This document shows positions 55,454-57,858 of a stretch of 57,858 bases of DNA, piece after piece. Under the pieces are notes generated by a model that saw only the letters and a program-made list of their open reading frames with translations, did not search any database and was not told where the DNA came from. Position 1 is the stretch's first letter; every line of letters starts with the position of its first letter. The DNA is from a virus (taxonomy: Duplodnaviria; Caudoviricetes): IMG/VR virus record IMGVR_UViG_3300021197_001472, positions 1 to 57,858 of that record; one strand, given 5' to 3'. Made by a program: the position numbers and the translations under genes.

Positions 55454-55715
55454 GTGTGGTGTCTCCTTTTATTTCGACGAATTTTTTACGTTTCAATTTA
55501 ACAGGGTTAGTATGTGCGTCTTGCCAATAGAACTCTGGCCCACCATGAAATTTTTCTAAGGTATAATTGACCGTCGATCCATCACGATACGTCGCTTCAG
55601 AGGCTTCTATCTCTTTTGCTTTTTCAAGTGCATCTGCCCTGCTCGTAGCCATTACTTCACAATATGCAATGTGGTATACTGAACCGCTTACAAAATACTT
55701 CTTTTCCTTACTCAT
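55446..55715 (-). CDS. Hypothetical protein
   Basis: AGGAGACACCAC-ATG start. Confidence 0.7.
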   Translation of the reverse strand: MSKEKKYFVSGSVYHIAYCEVMATSRADALEKAKEIEASEATYRDGSTVNYTLEKFHGGPEFYWQDAHTNPVKLKRKKFVEIKGDTTHA

Positions 55716-55726
55716 GTGGTGTCTCC

Positions 55727-55927
55727 TTATCCTATCAATGATTGTACAATGGAGCGGTCGTCGTCTTCGGCATACTTCTTGACGAAGTTATTCCGTACCC
55801 GCCTTGCCGCCTCTTTCTGCGACCTTGCCTGTACAGATTTGACTTCGTCTATTTGATGCTCAACGCCAAGCTTATCGACTAACCTGTCAACAATCCTTGC
55901 TTGTATCCTGATGTCATACTTAGGCAT
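55727..55927 (-). CDS. Hypothetical protein
   Basis: GAGGAGG RBS. Confidence 0.65.
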   Translation of the reverse strand: MPKYDIRIQARIVDRLVDKLGVEHQIDEVKSVQARSQKEAARRVRNNFVKKYAEDDDRSIVQSLIG

Positions 55928-56111
55928 CGTTGTCCTCCTCTGGTAAATACCGAACGTCTAGATGCCATGAGTAATTTGAGAACTTTCCCCGTGTCTCATC
56001 ATCTCCTTCTAGTATGTCTCCGATTAAACATGCGAACATGTCTCGCAAATGTGGATGTCTATCCAGTCTTGCTTCCATGTCGAATGGTGTATAGTCTTCT
56101 ACGTCTATCAT
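55920..56111 (-). CDS. Hypothetical acidic protein
   Basis: AGGTG RBS, coupled. Confidence 0.6.
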   Translation of the reverse strand: MIDVEDYTPFDMEARLDRHPHLRDMFACLIGDILEGDDETRGKFSNYSWHLDVRYLPEEDNDA

Positions 56112-56347
56112 GTGTCGTTCACCTTTTTGATTGTTGAATAGATTTTCTTAGACAGCCTCAGCTTCACATCCCTGTAGGGATCGTGGATGTACACCCACTT
56201 CAATCCCGTCTTGGCCCATACCCAACGATGACCACTCCCAACCTTGGGGATCTCATCTTGCAGAACCATGTGTACAAACTGACAGCCCTTCCACTTGTTG
56301 CCCTTTGGTTTGGGCAACCTCTTCTCTCTCGACCACGCCATGATCAA
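56108..56347 (-). CDS. Hypothetical basic protein
   Basis: GGAGG RBS; coupled to the AAA gene. Confidence 0.65.
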   Translation of the reverse strand: MIMAWSREKRLPKPKGNKWKGCQFVHMVLQDEIPKVGSGHRWVWAKTGLKWVYIHDPYRDVKLRLSKKIYSTIKKVNDT

Positions 56348-57564
56348 CCTCCGAAGTGGGCGTCGATAGCCTCGTTCATCTTGGCTATGTCCTCATCAGA
56401 GGCACGACCGGATAGCGTGTACCCGATAGCCGATTTGATTGCTGCCTTATCCTGACCCCACACATCGATCATCTTGGCCACAGTCGTGAGACCACGAGGC
56501 GTGATGGTTGTGAGTACCTCGCCCTTGGTAAACGCATCCCGAATGTGGTTGGCTATACGAACGAGCTTGGTTGCAACACTATGCTTGCAGGTAGGAACCT
56601 TCGCAGTAATGAGCGCGACCTCTTCGTCATGGTCAAGATAACTGGCCTCAACCCAGACTTGAAACCTGTCGATGAAAGCTTGGCTCTGTATACGCGCACC
56701 CTGATAGCACCCATACTCATCACCCTGCCCCTTGGTATTGGCAGTCGCAACGATACGGAACATCGGATCAGCCTTGATTACTCGACCGCCATCCTCAGTG
56801 ATACGCAACGTGCGACCATCCTCAAGCACTGGCTGAAACGCATACAGGACATCCGATCGAGCGAAGTCGATCTCGTCTGCCTCTAATATGTATGGCCCCT
56901 GCATTGCTTGCGGAAGCACACCGTCCACAAACTTTGATGCAGTCACACCGTCTATACTTACGAGGGTGTCACGCCCAAGGAAATCGAGACGTGTCATCTC
57001 GCTGTCCATGTTGACTCGCAACGATGGTTGTTGTGTACGTGCAGAGATCTGTTGGATGAGCGTCGTTTTACCAGTGCCCGTATGACCGAAGTGATACACG
57101 GGAAGGTCATGCTCCAGTGCATACAGGATCGGACACAAGACATCTGGGTTGAACAGGTAGTCTGGATCAATGTCTGGTACATCTGGATGCACACCGTTTG
57201 GCCAAAAGAACTTGGTCACCATCTGCATCATAGGTGCTGGCAACGTAAGGTCACCCCTCCGCATGGCTTCCTTGGTTTCTTCTGGAGCAAACAACTCATA
57301 CGCTGGCACTCGCTCGGTCTGGTAATCGAAGTCGATACGGGAGTTCATCTTGGCAAGATCCTTGTCACTTGTCCTGATGATCTTGCCACCGTTGGCAAGC
57401 TGTTGTTGCAAGTCCTTGATCGTGCGCTGGTACTTCTCCTCGTCCATAATGTGGAGCCTCTCCTGACTTTGAAGAGCCGCCTGTACTTCCTGATCGGCAA
57501 CGCCCTGGCTAACCATTGGCTGGCCAGTTACTTCGGCTTGCAAGTTATCTAAGTCTGTACTCAT
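56344..57564 (-). CDS. CobS/MoxR-like AAA+ ATPase
   Basis: GHTGTGKT, ADEID, TANT.G.GD, AFIDRF; start MSTDLD after AGGAAACACCAC. Confidence 0.88.
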   Translation of the reverse strand: MSTDLDNLQAEVTGQPMVSQGVADQEVQAALQSQERLHIMDEEKYQRTIKDLQQQLANGGKIIRTSDKDLAKMNSRIDFDYQTERVPAYELFAPEETKEAMRRGDLTLPAPMMQMVTKFFWPNGVHPDVPDIDPDYLFNPDVLCPILYALEHDLPVYHFGHTGTGKTTLIQQISARTQQPSLRVNMDSEMTRLDFLGRDTLVSIDGVTASKFVDGVLPQAMQGPYILEADEIDFARSDVLYAFQPVLEDGRTLRITEDGGRVIKADPMFRIVATANTKGQGDEYGCYQGARIQSQAFIDRFQVWVEASYLDHDEEVALITAKVPTCKHSVATKLVRIANHIRDAFTKGEVLTTITPRGLTTVAKMIDVWGQDKAAIKSAIGYTLSGRASDEDIAKMNEAIDAHFGG

Positions 57565-57590
57565 GTGGTGTTTCCTTCTTTGGTTGAAAT

Positions 57591-57618
57591 GAAAACGGGG
57601 AAGCAAGATGCTTCCCCG
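57591..57618 (-). terminator. Rho-independent terminator/attenuator upstream of the AAA gene
   Basis: CGGGGAAGCA-AGA-TGCTTCCCCG followed by TTTTC on the minus strand. Confidence 0.7.
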
Positions 57619-57632
57619 ATAGTGGTCGAACT

Positions 57633-57858
57633 CTATGATGCACTTGGATAAGTGTACTCTGCTAACCATTTGTCGTCGGCAGTCACGAGCTTCACTGAGC
57701 CATGATTAATCAGGTCTCGAATGTAGGTGTCGGCTGGCCCTTCCCAAGTCCCGTGAGTAAACGGAGATTTAACAGCGACGTTCCATCGAGCGTAGTTGTC
57801 ATTCTTCTCAGCCGCTGAATGCTTATAGGTCTTGAGAACCCTCCACTCCCATCCACCT
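57633..57858 (-). CDS. Hypothetical phage protein (GWEWRVLKTY...YARW), apparently starting at ATG 14 across the junction
   Basis: Open frame to the window end; joins in frame with ATG AAA CAA GCT GA at 14..1, which has a GAGGAG RBS. Confidence 0.7.
   Translation of the reverse strand, partial: GGWEWRVLKTYKHSAAEKNDNYARWNVAVKSPFTHGTWEGPADTYIRDLINHGSVKLVTADDKWLAEYTYPSAS

Larger units (their letters stand above)
1..57858. mobile_element. Temperate tailed phage genome (podovirus-like), probably complete and circularly opened
   Basis: TerL, portal, capsid, nozzle, ejection proteins, lysis genes, integrase and replication genes all present; no tape measure or sheath; no host housekeeping genes; an ORF continues in frame across the end/start junction. 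Confidence 0.9.

Noticed and set aside
53576-57564. Cobalamin-biosynthesis auxiliary metabolic genes
   Set aside because: No CobN or other cob genes; better read as a generic AAA+/vWA chaperone pair

Overview
This window is very probably a complete or near-complete, circularly opened genome of a temperate, podovirus-like dsDNA phage, likely marine with a proteobacterial host (inference). An ORF reads in frame across the end/start junction. Layout: (i) a leftward early/accessory arm (50420-57858 continuing into 1-5065) with a tyrosine integrase, LuxR-type regulator, CobS-like AAA+ ATPase, CobT-like vWA protein, C5 DNA methyltransferase and many small ORFs; (ii) a rightward morphogenesis arm (5187-42028) with TerS-like protein, TerL, portal, tail fibres, scaffold, major capsid, adaptor/nozzle, ejection proteins including a 3164-aa polyvalent protein, M15 endolysin and holin; (iii) a replication module diverging at about 46370 (Sak4-like, SSB-like, Cas4-like nuclease | Cro-like, Prim-Pol/helicase, resolvase, HNH). 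No replicative DNA polymerase, RNA polymerase, tRNA, rRNA or CRISPR array was recognised. The most interesting signals are non-coding. First, a candidate ~75-nt two-hairpin small RNA (about 50381-50455) exposes a loop that is the exact antisense of a 13-nt RBS-to-AUG motif (GGAAACACCACAU) found, exactly or as a variant, at the starts of about 9 phage genes, suggesting an sRNA translational regulon. Second, a ~2.2-kb island (3414-5600) is tiled almost end to end with short perfect hairpins even inside coding sequence, and includes a repeated covarying hairpin element upstream of early genes. Third, a strand-specific GGGACGAC motif precedes late genes. All calls are by eye from motifs and synteny; no searches were run.
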